Assembly (NCBI GenBank): GCA_951406725.2
Contig: OX597832.1
Span: 28,086,001-28,150,000 of the forward strand
Length of the DNA stretch: 64,000 nt
Reading direction: 5' to 3'
Source: Octopus vulgaris
Lineage: Eukaryota
The translations under genes were made by a program, and so were the position numbers. Below, one piece after another: positions 26,651 to 40,600 of the stretch (the first letter of the stretch is position 1; every line of letters begins with the position of its first letter). The notes beneath the pieces were generated by a model that ran no database searches, had not been told where the DNA came from, and worked only from the letters and a program-made list of their open reading frames with translations.

Positions 26651-29600
26651 GTGTATATGTTTGTGTGTCTGTGTTTGTCCCCCTAGCATTGCTTGACAAC
26701 CGATGCTGGTGTGTTTACGTCCCCGTCACTTAGCGGTTCGGCAAAAGAGACCGATAGAATAAGTACTGGGCTTACAAAGAATAAGTCCCGGGGTCGATTT
26801 GCTCGATTAAAGGCGGTGCTCCAGCATGGCTGCAGTCAAATGACTGAAACAAGTAAAAGAGTAAAGAGAGTACCATCGCTGGTCCATCTGTCTGTTTCAA
26901 TGATAAATTACATTGGAACATTAATGGAACCAGACGCAAACTTACAACTCGCATGTCATTTTATAACATTACCTGTGATGTAAGAGCATCGTAATAATGT
27001 AACAACCCACAACTACATGGTATAAACACCGTATGTCATGTAACAAATACATCAGAATGACATAACCACATTTTACATGTAACGTAACGTCTCCTCGTAA
27101 AGATATTATTACCACATACATCATTACGAGGTCAGGATCAGCGTTATAAGATCCTCCCATCATGTGATATATGATCATAACATATCCCCTTCATCATGTG
27201 GTATGATCACATTCAAGATGAATTCATTTGCTAATAATGCACAACACTTTGTTTCTGGGGTGGTTTGAAATGTAAGATAAATCTGTTTTGATAAACATAC
27301 ATGTACAACCTCTCAGTGAAAAGTAAACCGAGTAGTTTTATTTCTCCATTGTGTAAATAAGACAAATCAGTTTAGTTGTGTCCTGGTTTGTATCTACTGT
27401 AAAGTGGAGGCGCAATGGCCCAGTGGTTAGGGCAGCGGACTCGCGGTCATAGGATCGCGGTTTCGATTCCCAGACCAGGCGTTGAGTGTTTATTGAGCGA
27501 AAACACCTAAAGCTCCACGAGGCTCCGGCAGGGGATGGTGGTGATCCCTGCTGTGCTCTTTCACCACAACTTTCTCTCACACTTACTTTCTGTTTCTGTT
27601 GTACCTGTATTTCAAAAGGACCGACCTTGTCACTCACTGTGTCACGCTGAATATCCCCGAGAACTACGTTAAGGGTGCACGTGTCTGTGGAGTGCTCAGC
27701 CACTTACACGTTAATTTCACGAGCAGGCTGTTCCGTTGATTCGGATCAACCGGAACCCTCGTCGTCGTAACCGATGGAGTGCTTCCATTCCATTCCATCT
27801 ACTGTAAATAGTGATGATAATCTTTCTGTTTCTCTGATGAAGGTTCAGTAACTCATCAGATTGAAATTGCTTTTTTTTTTCTGTCCACGGAGAGATGAAA
27901 CTTTTGATGTAACCACTTTGTTTACAGTTCACATAATATGGTTCACTGTTTTCTTTCTTTTTGCAGGGACACGGTTTCCTTGTAGTCTACAATGGTCCAA
28001 ACTGTAGCTATAAAGTGCCAAATCTACAACGGAACACTGACTACAGATTCAGGGTAAATAGAAATCACTTTATTTATCCATCATAATCATCACAAACATT
28101 ATTAATATCAGTGATATCATCACCATAGCTATATTGTCATAATTTTTGTCTGTGCAAAACGGTATCAGCTGGCTGCAAATCTTCATTGAATGGCTTTTAT
28201 CTCGAAAATTTCCTTCTCCAAGATGGATTGTCTTCAGTATGACCCTTGGACACCATCTACCCATGACTGTATTGGGTGGCTGTTTATTGTCTTGAGTTCC
28301 TCTGCCCTTTGGACAGGTCTTGCCTTTCACCCAGCAGGGTGTCCAAAAATCACCCTGTAGATAGATTTATATATGATACCTCATCATCATCATCATTTAA
28401 CGTCTGCTTTCCATGCTTGCATGGGTTGGACAATTTGACTGAGGGCTGCACCAGGCTCCAATCTTGATCTGGCAGAGTTTCTACAGCGGGATGCCCTTCC
28501 TAACGCCAAATATATATTGTGTTATATAGTGCAGTACTGTACTCTATTTTTATTTATTAATTTATTCATTTTTAGGTATGAAAATGCTTATTTTACCACA
28601 GAAATAATTGCAGTCTAAAATAATATTAATACCTATCGGCTGCAGGAACCTGTGATATGCTGAGGAATTTGTAATATAAATTTACATAATTCAGCCAGAA
28701 AAATCTGCAATGTACTGAGGGTGCGATAGTTGAACCATGATATACTGAATGCGTGATAAGTGAACCGTGATATGGTGAGGGATTACTGTGATATTAAAAC
28801 AAGTCAGAAGGAGATTTGCCATTCCATCATATCAAATGTGTTTCTTTTATTTTCTAATATTTATACTTATTTTTTCTTAAAGTTGTTTTAAGTATGACTA
28901 TGTTCACCACTTTTAATTAACTTTCCCTGTTAATCACCTGCTGATGTTGTTTCGTTTGTATCTAATTTTAGTTATCAGCCAAAAATGAGGAGGGTCCTAG
29001 CAAATGGAGTGAAATAGTCACCTACCAGACCCTTCCAGGACCCCCAGGTATACCAAGTAAAGTTCAGGTGAAGGGCAAAATCCATGCACATCACTTCAAG
29101 GTGACATGGGGTGAGTACATTGTTTTGGTCCTTACTGACCTTTGGTCAACTGCATCTGCACACTGTGTTTATCTACCAATTCACTCAACATCTACACACA
29201 CTATCCATCTATCTCTCTCCTATCTATCTACCCATCCATCTATCTGTCTATCTATCTATCTATCTTCCTCGCTCTCTCTCTCTCCTATCTATTTATCTAT
29301 CTCCAATCTATCTATACACACACAATTTCTTCATCTACACACAGTATCTATCTATGTAGTTACACACACACACACACAGTGTCTTCATCTACACACTTTG
29401 TCTATCCACCCAATATCTACACACAGTCTGTATATATATATATATATTGCTTACCAACCACATGGTTCCAGGTTCAGTCCCACTGCGTGACACCTTGGGC
29501 AAGTGTCTTCTACTATAAGCCTTGGGCTGACCAAAGCCTTGTGAGTGGATTTGGTAGACGGAAACTGAAAGAAGCCCACCATATACACGTGTGTGTGTCT

Positions 29601-31641
29601 TTTTGTCTCCCCACCATCACATGGCAACTGATGTTGGTGTGTTTACGTCCTCTTAACCTAGTGGTTCGGCAAAAGAGACCAATAGAACAAGTACTAGGCT
29701 TACAAGAATAAGTCCTGGGGTCGATATGCCCAACTAAAAGTTGTGCTCCAGCATGGCTGCAGTCAGATGACTGAAACGAAAGAATATGTACGTACACACA
29801 TACACACACAATGTCTTCATCTACATATTGTGTCTATCCGCTCAATATCTACACACAGTATCTATCTATCTGTCAGTCTGTCTATCTATCTAATTATCTA
29901 TCTATTTATTTATCTATTGGTCTGACTATCTGTCTATTTATCTATCTACCTATCTATCTATCTAATTATCTATCTATCTATACACACACAACTTCTTCGT
30001 CTACACATCCTGTCTATACACACACCATATTTATTCTAAACTTTGAATTGTTCAAAAGATGTAACTGTTAAATTGTTTAGTCTGTTTGATGTTACCTTGG
30101 CTGTATATTAAAAAAGCTCTCCTTTTGATGACCTTCCCTACAGATCCCCCCAAGGATACAGGAGGCACTAAAGTGTTTAATTACCATGTGGAAATGGATG
30201 ATGGTGAAGGTGAGTATTGTTTGATTAATTCAATCAACCAGCCATGACCAACTGGTTGCGTTTTCCCCTTCAAGGTCGACCGGTTTTCTGTTGGGGCAGT
30301 AAACCTGCTTTGAAAACAAGTCCTACAGACATTCCTCATCTCTGTCTTGCACAAAGCTACAACTTGCTGCCACCACCCTCCGCCAAATGCAAACACCAAA
30401 ACCTGTTGAGGCTTACTTTGTTATTTTTATTTTACTCAAGCCATTGTCAGACATCATCATCATTATCATAACCACCACCATCATCACCAACACTACAATC
30501 ATCACCCCACCACCCACATCTGTTTTCCCATCCAGCAAATGCACTTTACCATCTTTACATCCTTTCTGTGACTCTTAATATCTTCAGGTTTGAAATTTAC
30601 CGTTTCTTCTTTCTCTGTTTTTGCTAATTTTTTCTTCTGACACACACATACACACACACACTCTCTCCCTCTCTCTCTCAGAGGAATATGGTGAGTCACA
30701 GCATGACAATGGTTTGGCACTCAGTTGTATGGTAGAGTGGGTATGAAGCCTGCATCACAACTACCTGGTCCCAGGATCAATTCCAGTACACAGCACACCT
30801 TACATAACTACCATCTACACACATCCCCAGATCACAAGGGACCCATTTGATAAATTAAACAAACTGAATCTGTATCCAATGAATACATCTTACTTATTGG
30901 TGATGGTGGTAGTATTAGTACCAAGTGAACGCATGGTTAGGGCATCCAGGTCATGAGTTCGAATCCCAGTGGCACCTTGAGCAAGACACTTTATTTTGTG
31001 TTGTTCCATTTCATTCAGCTGGTAATAATGGGTTGTAACTGTAATTCAAGGGGCCAGCTTTGTCCCATTCTGTGTCACGCTGAATCTCCCTCAGAACTAT
31101 GTTATGGACGCACATGTCTGTGGAGCACTCAGCCACTTGCACATTAATTTCACAAGCAGCCTGTTCCATTCATCAGATCTGTTGGAACCTTCATCATCAT
31201 AACCAACAGAGTGCTAATGGTTGGTAGGGGTGAATGGAGTGCGGTGGTATGGGCTTGTGTTGAGCAGGGATGAGGAGGGTCATTGCATTTGAGTGCGAAA
31301 GCGAGGTAGACTAAGGAAAACATGGAGGGGACAGGTGGAGGAGAAGGAGATTGGGAGGGTTGGCTTAAGAAGGGAGGACACCCGAGACAAGGCGACACGG
31401 TGTAAGGGCAGTTGTTATGGCTTTGAGGTAGATCCGGCCATCCCCATTAATGGAGGCAAAACCTGGATTTAAAACACTGGATGATGATGATGATGACTTT
31501 GCTTGGAAAAGATGAGAGTCGGTGACAGGAACAGCATCTGGCTGTAGAAAATCTGCCTCTGAATTCTGTCTGACCGATAGAGGAATGGAGAAATGGACAT
31601 TAAATTATGATGAAAAAAACCCACAAAGATATGTTTGTGTG

Positions 31642-31673
<32 letters not shown>

Positions 31674-34600
31674 GATATATAGAGAGTGTGTGTTATATAT
31701 ATATATATATATATATATGGAGTGCGTGTGTATATATACATATATATATATATATACATATATATAATGTGTCTTTTGTTGGTGTATATTGACAAATGAT
31801 GTAAACATGGGGAAAAACATGGGAAAAAACCCCTCTGAAACCGGAAAATCTGTGTTTCTGGAATACAAAGGCTTCGTACAATGTTTGTTTTGGTGAAGAG
31901 AATTGTTGTCAGGAACAGAGTGTGGCTGTGTGACCGGCTCCCTGGGGAAGGTGGCACCGACAACACTCATTGTTCACCACTTGTTTGAGGCTATATACAT
32001 ACAACTGTCTCTGTATGTCTGCATGTATGTATGTATATATGTGTGTATATATGGTGAGAGAGGGAGAGAGTCATCAGAATCACTTGACTACAGACTGAGT
32101 GAATGAACAACCCAAAGTATTATTGCTGTAGAATGGTGATGATGATGATGATGATGGTGATGACATCACAATTAATTATCATAACAAATATTGGTTGTAG
32201 TAAAGATAGTGGCGGAGTTGGTAGTGATAATTGTGGTGGTCAAGGTGTTAGCAGTGACCATTATTACTGCAGTAATGGTGGTGGTGGTGGTGTTAATAGT
32301 CATAATTGTGGTGGTGGTGGTGGTGGTAGTATTAGTAGTAGTATTATTGTGGTGTTGGTGGTGGTGGTGGTGGTGGTGGTGGTGTTAATAGTCATAATTG
32401 TGGTAGTAGTAGTAGTAGTAGTAGTAGTGAAATGATTATTGTGGTGTTGGTGGTGGTATTGGTTTTATGTTAACTAGTTTTGGAGCCCCCCCTTTGTTAT
32501 TGTTTTTACATGCACCTCTCTCTCTCTCTCTGTCTCCCCACCTCCACCATCCCATTCTAGGGGTTAATTCAACCATCTACACCTCACCACCTCTACCACC
32601 ACCTTCATTTTCTACATTTAATAATGTTGCTGTAATCCTTTTAGTTGTTGTTGTTGTTGCTATTCTTAATGTCACTTCCCCCCACACCCACCTACCCACC
32701 GCCATTTCCATTGTTGTTGCTGTGATTAAGCGCACCTCCACCGCCACCACGACCACCATCACTGTCTACCCTTGGGCTGGGGGGTAGGTAGCCAAGTGTA
32801 GGAGGAAGTGGTGGTGGTGGTTGTTGAAATAAGTTTGTCTTCATAGAGGAATCTTGACAGCAATATGGAAGTTTTGATAGCAATTTATTCATCATAATAT
32901 CCAACACACACACACACACACATGTTGCCTTATAGCCCAGGGCTGTTGCCCCCCCACCCCCACCCCTCGGGTAGGGTGGCACTTTACTCAAAATTCATCT
33001 CAAAAGGTGGTGATATTTGTTTTGGATATCAGCAACAAAGACATCCTGTTTACTCAGACACCCAAACTGTCCCACACACACCTCTCTTCCCCTGTTGCCA
33101 CCCCTTCTTTAACCCTGCATTGATGACATCTCACTCCACCCTCTTTCAAATCGTCCCCCATACAGATGCCACTGTTGCAGCAAAAAAAAAATCTTTCATA
33201 ACCTTCAGCCCTCTGCATCAATTTGTCCCCTAATCACATCCTGTAACTACATCCCTCAGTGACCCCTCTATTCCTCTTCCCCTACACAAACACCTTTGAA
33301 CTGTTTCTCACCTCCAGGTTCAAATCACTCTCACACTACCACCACTCTCCCCAACCTATCAGGTTTGTCTGACCACTTCCTTATTACAACTACCCACCTA
33401 CCACCACCACTACTACTACTCCTCCTCCCCTCTGCTAAACTCTGTGCCTCCTCGTGTTAGCCCTGAGTGATCAGAACTCTTAACTGAACTCTCTCCTTAG
33501 CAACACATGTCCATCACCTTTAATCTATCAGCAGGTGACTGAAACCCTCATTGCATATGTCTTTAACCCCCAGCATCCCACATTCAACCAAGACCCTCAA
33601 CTTCCAGGTCCTTCTAAGTGATCCATTCATAGCCCTGCTCCACTTCAGGGTTTATAAATGTTTAGAGAAAGTTACCTTAACCCCTGTGAACTGGACATCT
33701 TTCACCCCACACTGCAGCTTCTCCAAGTCCACTCATTAAGTGAAACCACAAAGGATACCTCTGTACATTACATGACTTCCAAGCTCTCCCACTTCTCAGA
33801 CTGCAGTCGATTCCTTTTGATTCCTGGCCAAAAGCATCTCTGCCAGCTCCCTAGAATCTTCCTGTGCTCTGTTGCTTGACCTTGATGGTTCTGTGAGAAA
33901 TACTCCCTATTTATTACAGCTCACTTTGAGTAGGGGCTCAGGGTGGCACAAGACCCTCCCTATTTACAGCTCAGTTTGCATTGACCACTTCGTCTACTAA
34001 GTAAATCTTCTCCAGACTTATTGCTTTCCATTCCAACTGGCCAACCAACACATAATCCTAACCTCACCTCACACATTCTGCCAACTTCAAAAGCAACTCC
34101 TGTGGCTTCAAACCAACCAGCAAACCTGACAATGTCCTTTTCAGTATCCCCAAGGACTTTACTCCAGAACTAGCTGCTACCCTCACCAAAATCTTCAAAG
34201 GTCTGTCCTGATCTGTGGAAATTCACAAGAGTGTTTCCCATTGCCTTTAAGGTTAACTCCTTGGACCCTGATCACAACCTCCCTCTCACACCTGTTAGCA
34301 ACCACCTTCTCTGGCTTCTGAATTTTCTCTCTCTCTCTCTGTCTCTCTTCAATGATCACCACTACAGTTTTCATAAAGCCAGATCCATGAGACGTCCTTG
34401 GGAATCTAGTGAAAAGACAGCGTTGTTGCCCTCAGCATCTGTAAACCTTTTAGCCCTCCCTGAATCCCCTTTTGTCCTCCATTTTCTATTAATTAAATCA
34501 CTAACTCCCTATCAACTCGTGGCACGACTGGTGGGGCCCTCTCTCCCTCTTTCACCCCCATCCTCACTTATGTTGTTCCCCCAGAGTTCAGTTTTGTCTT

Positions 34601-37600
34601 CCACATTCTGACTTCTGTACATAACAACCTGTTTGTCATCACCTCCAACAATGCCCACCCCAATAGAGGCAATACCACCCTACATTCCTCCTTAACTCTC
34701 ATTCACACTTCACACCAAACCTGCCCTCACTCCATAGACAGACCCCTCACAAACATCCTCCAATGGCGCTCTACCAATTTTGTCTTCATCCACAAAAACA
34801 CACAATTATAGAACTTATCAAGAAATTACAACCATCCATTTCATCATCGTCATTTGACATCCACTTTCCATGCTGGCATGGGTTGGACAGTTTCACATGG
34901 AGCAGGTCAGCTGGTTGCCCACGCTTCATGTCTATCTTGGCATGGTTTCTACGGCCGGATGCCCTTCCTAATGCCAACTGCTCAAGAGTGTGCTGGGTGC
35001 TTTTTGCGTGTCACCAGCACCTGACTAGAATCCTCACAATCACATCAAACTCTGAGCCTTGCAGATCACTGAGGGTCTCTTTCTGACAAACGCACACGTC
35101 TTCAACATAGCAAGGTCAGCACTACAAAGACTGGTCATCCTCTTCGAGGATAGAAAATATTTCACCCCACCCCAATGCAGGTGAGACCCACGATGGAGTG
35201 CCGATAATCCTACATCTAGGACGGTGCTGTTGCTACACACACATTTTTAGAACATACCCTAAGAAAGACTACTCCATTTGTTAGTATAAAGTCACTCACT
35301 AGCACCCACCCCCAAACCAATCTCCCGTCCACCAACATGCGCTGTGTCTCCTCTCTCTGCCTTTTCTTACCACTACTACAGTGGCTTCTGCTCCATGGAG
35401 CTGGCTGGTCTTGTGCCACCTCCACCCCCTACTCAAATACACTGTCTCCGTTTTCTCCACCTCCCCACCCCCAATCGCGTCTGCATTATACCTATTTCTT
35501 TACTACCTACAAGGGGCTAAACATAGAGGGGACAAACAAGGACAGACAAAGGTATTAAGTCGATTACATCGACCCCAGTGCGTAACTGGTACTTAATTTA
35601 TCGACCCCGAAAGGATGAAAGGCAAAGTCTACCTCGGTGGAATTTGAACTCAGAACGTAACGGCAGCCGAAATACCGCTGAGCATTTCGCCCGGCGCGCT
35701 AATGATTCTGCATTATACCTGTCCTCCCCTCTTCCCCAACGCTGCTGCACTAATATCTACGCCCAGTCCTTCCTCACAAGAGTGTTGTCCCTCTGGAATT
35801 TCCCCGCAGCTGTCCGACTTCCTTTTCGTGTGTAAAAAAAAAACCCAGCTCCCCGATGTCATTGGTGTTGGAGGGTCGTCGGCAGAAGCCAGGGGGTAAC
35901 TGCTCTTTCTTTACTCCTACCTAACCAGTGACACACACACACACCACCACCACCACACACACACACACATTGTCTCCTCTCAAAGCTACTTTCCCCCCCT
36001 CCTGTTTATCTTCTTGCTTTATTTAAACAGTGTCTTGTTATGATATTTATACACACACACACACCACACACACTCACACGTATACACGTCTGTCTGTGTG
36101 TGTCTGTGTGTCTATAATTTCATATTTTATTCTTAACCATTCATTCTCTTTGTCACGTAACCATTTCCTCTCTCTCTCTCTCTCTCTCGTCCTACAGTAT
36201 TTAAACAGTGTGTGTGTATATGTGTGTGTGTATATATGTGTGTATGTGTGTGTGTATATGTGTGTGTGTATGTGTGTGTGTATACGTGTGTGTATACGTG
36301 TGTGTGTATGTGTATATGTGTGTGTGTGTGTATGTGTGTGTGTGTGTGTATATGTGTATGTGTGTATATGTGTGTGTGTATACGTGTGTGTATACGTGTG
36401 TGTGTATGTGTGTGTGTGTATATGTGTGTGTATGTGTGTGTGTGTTTACCATACAGACACATACATAAAACACACATCATACACATACGTGTATGTGGCA
36501 CTTATAGTCTAGCCTCTTTGTTCTCTCTCTCTCTCTCTCTCTCTCTCCTCGCTCTGTCTGTCTGTGTGTCCTTAAGACCTCGACTGTTATAGTTAAACAA
36601 TATCTTGTTTATGTTTCATATATCCATAACTCCCCCTCTTCTTTCCCTTCCCCCCCCCCGCCATGCCTCTCCCTCCTCTCGCCCTCCCCCCATCTCTCTC
36701 CAACCTGTCCGCCCTCCCTCCCTCTCTTCTCACAGCTATATAAACAGTAGGAAGGGTGAGTGGAGCCCGGTGCTGTCCCCTGGTGGTGTCTGTCTTCTGC
36801 CTCCCCCCTCCTTCTTTCACCACCACCTCCACCACCCCACCAATGCTTTATTAATCAGTGGGGGAAGGGGTGATGGCAGTGGTGGGGGGCAGGGAAGGAC
36901 CCTGTCCATTGTTGCTTGATCTTGTAGAAAGAGCAGCTAAATCACTTAAAAAGCACACACCACTGTCTTAAAAAAAGGAAGGACATGTGGGCTAATATAG
37001 TCCAAGATACACAATGTCTGGACGAAGAAAAAAAAATTGAGTGATGGTCATGGCCGGAACGCCTTTGATCATAACCATATGTTCAATTATAAATGACCTG
37101 ATCATTTTTATGCTCCTTTGATCCCTTTCTTGTCAGCCGTGGGGAGTTGGAAGGGAAAAGGGCCTAGAATAGAGGCAGGTGTATATGGGTCAAAGTGCAT
37201 GAAGTGTGGGGCCTAGGAACCCTGTTCCTGTGTTTATCTGCAGGTTCTTTGACCCTTTTTCCTATCCCATATCACATATGATACACATTAACAATTCTTT
37301 TAGGAGTTTTTTTGCAACCACCAGAGTAACTTGGCCCTTATGAAAGGAAAGCTTTATATTACCCAGAATGGATGAAAAAAGGGGTTAATTTAACTAAAAG
37401 TCTCGAAACAAGCATGGAAAAACTTATAAAAAAAAGGGTCGAATGAATACCAGTCATGTGCTGGGGAAGGAAAGGGGTCAATTTAATCATACACACTCAA
37501 CCTCCTTCAAAATTTGTGGTCCTTGTCCCTTAAAATATTTCGTTGCATCCCCTTCACATTCTCTCACCAAATCCTTGATTAAGTAGACCTACAATCATAC

Positions 37601-40600
37601 ATTTCAGTTATGATGGGTGTATCTTTGCTTTTGAAAGAGGTATAAGTGTATTGAGGACTACAAGATCCAATGTGCCCTTCTTTTTTTTTAAGATAATTTG
37701 GGGGGGGGTTCATTTAAGGGACATTTAGCTACTTTTGCTTGCAGACCACATTGTGACTCCCTTGTTGCTAGCTTGCTTAACCCCAGGTCATGTCTGATCC
37801 ACTAGACCCAGTCATAGATAGGACTGCCTTTTCATCAGACATACTGTATCTATGTCCTTCCTTTTTTTAAAAAAAAACACAGCAGGGTTAGCTTTAAAGG
37901 AGACTTGGGTGTTATTTCTAGCAAGTTGGGTCACTATATAAGAAGCCCTGTTATTTATCATCCTCATCATCATCCTCCTCCTTTATCATTTCCAGTTTGT
38001 ATTTGTGGTTTCTAAGGGTCTCCTGAAGGAATGAATTTTCTCAGCAGAATCGCTAAGAAGCAGTGGCCTTCATCCATTTTCTGTCTTTTATCTGGTTTGA
38101 ACCAACAACATGGTGAAAGGAAATAGCTAACAATGGTGAAAGTGAGTGGAGTGGCACTGCAAACTGTGTCATGGGCTCGATTCCCCTCCTACCATGACCA
38201 CCACACCACCACTGTTACTGATTACTAATTACACCAAGTAATTTCAAGACCCACCCAACCATGGCCATCTTCCTACCACTTCCCCTTCCAACAACAGTGT
38301 TGGCCAGTTTTGGCTGATTCCCCCACCACCACCTCCCTCCCCCCCTCCAACCTGGTGGTGGTGGTGGTGTTAGGGGAGGAGGAGAGAAGTGGGTGAGGTG
38401 GGAGTTTGTATTCCTCCTGCCACCACCCCACTCTCTCTCTCTCTCTGTACTGACTGACCTCATTACATGGTGTATTGGGTTTGGCACACCCTTCTTCCTT
38501 GTCATTTCCCTGGGGTTTCATCCTCACCACCTCCACCACTCTCTTGTAGACCTAAAAACATTTCTACACATCCTCTTATAACACACTTTCTCTTTATATA
38601 TATATATATTTTCTAAAGGGCCAATCAAACAAGTCCATTTCTTTTTAAAGGTGTAGCGTTTGTAAGAGTATAGATTGAATTAATATATAAGTTCCATTCT
38701 AGCAAAAACTGTCTGATGAACGGCAACGAGAAACTCAGAGTAACAGATTTTGTTGAATTTTCTGCTGCTTAAAATAAAGTATATATATATATATATATAT
38801 ATAATATATGTGTGTGTGTATTTTGTATCTATCATTGCATTTATCATTTCTTTCTTTTCGGGGGGGGGGGGAGTTTACCTTATCTTTCCGTTTTCTCATA
38901 ACATACACAGTCATTCCTATAAAACACACACACACACAGCAGTGGATTCTTCCTTATCTGATAATACTCTACCATCACTCCCTCCCCCTTGGCTCTCCAT
39001 CTCTCCTTCTTCACCATTGCCTTGCTCTCCCATTACGAGCTGGTCTCTCCCCAACCTGCAAACATGTAGCAGCCGTTATTGTGCCCCCCACCCCCACCCC
39101 GTTCCCTGCCCAGCAGTGCCGCTCCCCCCCCCATCCTATCTTGCTCTCTACACCCAGTTAGGTCGATAGATGAATAGGCATATATGCCAGCAAGTGTGTG
39201 TGTGTGTATAGAGAGAGAAAGAGGGTGACATGTAAGTTTGTGTACATGTATATACATACATATATATATTGAGAAAGAGAGAGAGAGGGAGATGTTCTAT
39301 TTTGGGAGGGTCATTTTTGTCTGTAGGAGACATGCGCATTTCTTTGTCTTCTTCTTATCATCAACAACAACAAAAACAACAAGGTGGCAAGCTGGCAGAG
39401 TTGTTAGCATGCTGGGTAAAATGCCTGTCAGCAATTTGTCCATCTATATGTTCTGAGTTCAAATGCTGCCAAGGTGGACTTTGCCTTTCATCCTTTCAAG
39501 GTTGATCTAATTGACTTAACCCTTCCCCCGAAATTTCTGGCCTTGTGCCAAAAATTGGAAACCATTAGTTAGTTTGTTAGTTAGTTAATTTTTTGGCTCA
39601 AAAGGCAAAAAGCAAGGCCATGGAGTTATGTACAGGGTGGTGTTCATGCAAAGAGTTCAGGCCATTTGTGGTCAAGAGAGACTTTGAACCGAGCGGTCGT
39701 CGGCATCTTCACTATCTTGTCCGGCAGCTTATTCCATGGATCCGCAACCCGGACGGAGAAAGCCCCTCTCCTTCGATTGAGATGAAATCGTCGCAGATAG
39801 AGCTTTTCGGAGTGACCACCACCACCACCATTAGTGGTGGTGGTGGTGGTGGTGGTGATGGTAACGAACTAGTTAATCAATAAACCAATTAACTAATCAG
39901 CTACTCATTTGTTTGATCAATCAATCAATCAATCAATCTGTTTGATTTGGTTTGTAAGAATCCTTCCATTCATTGCCGTTCACCAAACTCCTCAGCACAC
40001 AAGTTTCTCATCGAAAATCTTACAAAACAAAAATGGAAAACACACACACACAGAAGCTGTTTTTTACTTAAGATTTTCCCATGATTTTCCAAGTTTGGAT
40101 GGTTTCATTGTTGTTGTTGAAATACAGGATGCAGAAAAATAAGACCTCCCACGTTCACCGTTTTTGATAAACTTTTCAACAACAAATACATGGTGTGTAC
40201 TCTCCAAACCCTGATGGTAAGGAGGCGGGGGTACCCCAGGTCATGTCTGATCCACTAGACCCAGTCATAGATAGGACTGCCTTTTCATCAGACATACTGT
40301 ATCTATGTCCTTCCTTTTTTTTAAAAAACACAGTAGGGTTAGCTTTAAAGGAGACTTGGCTGTTATTTCTAGCAGGTTGAGTCACTATATAAGAAGCCCT
40401 GTTATCATCCTCATCATCATCATCATCCTTTATTATTTCCAGTTTGTATTTGTGGTTTCTAAGGGTCTCCTGAAGGAATGAATTTTCTCAGCAGAATCGC
40501 TAAGAAGCAGTGGCCTTCATCCATTTTCTGTCTTTTATCTGGTTTGAACCAACAACATGGTGAAAGTGAGTGGAGTGGCGCTGGAAACTGTGTCATGGGC

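Noticed and set aside
27404-27480. tRNA gene candidates at SINE heads (also 17746, 52375, 26432)
   Set aside because: A and B boxes are present but there is no complete cloverleaf or terminator, and each continues into a SINE body.
28530-28790. Possible pogo/Tigger-like end (..gagggattactg)
   Set aside because: No matching second TIR or coding remnant could be found.
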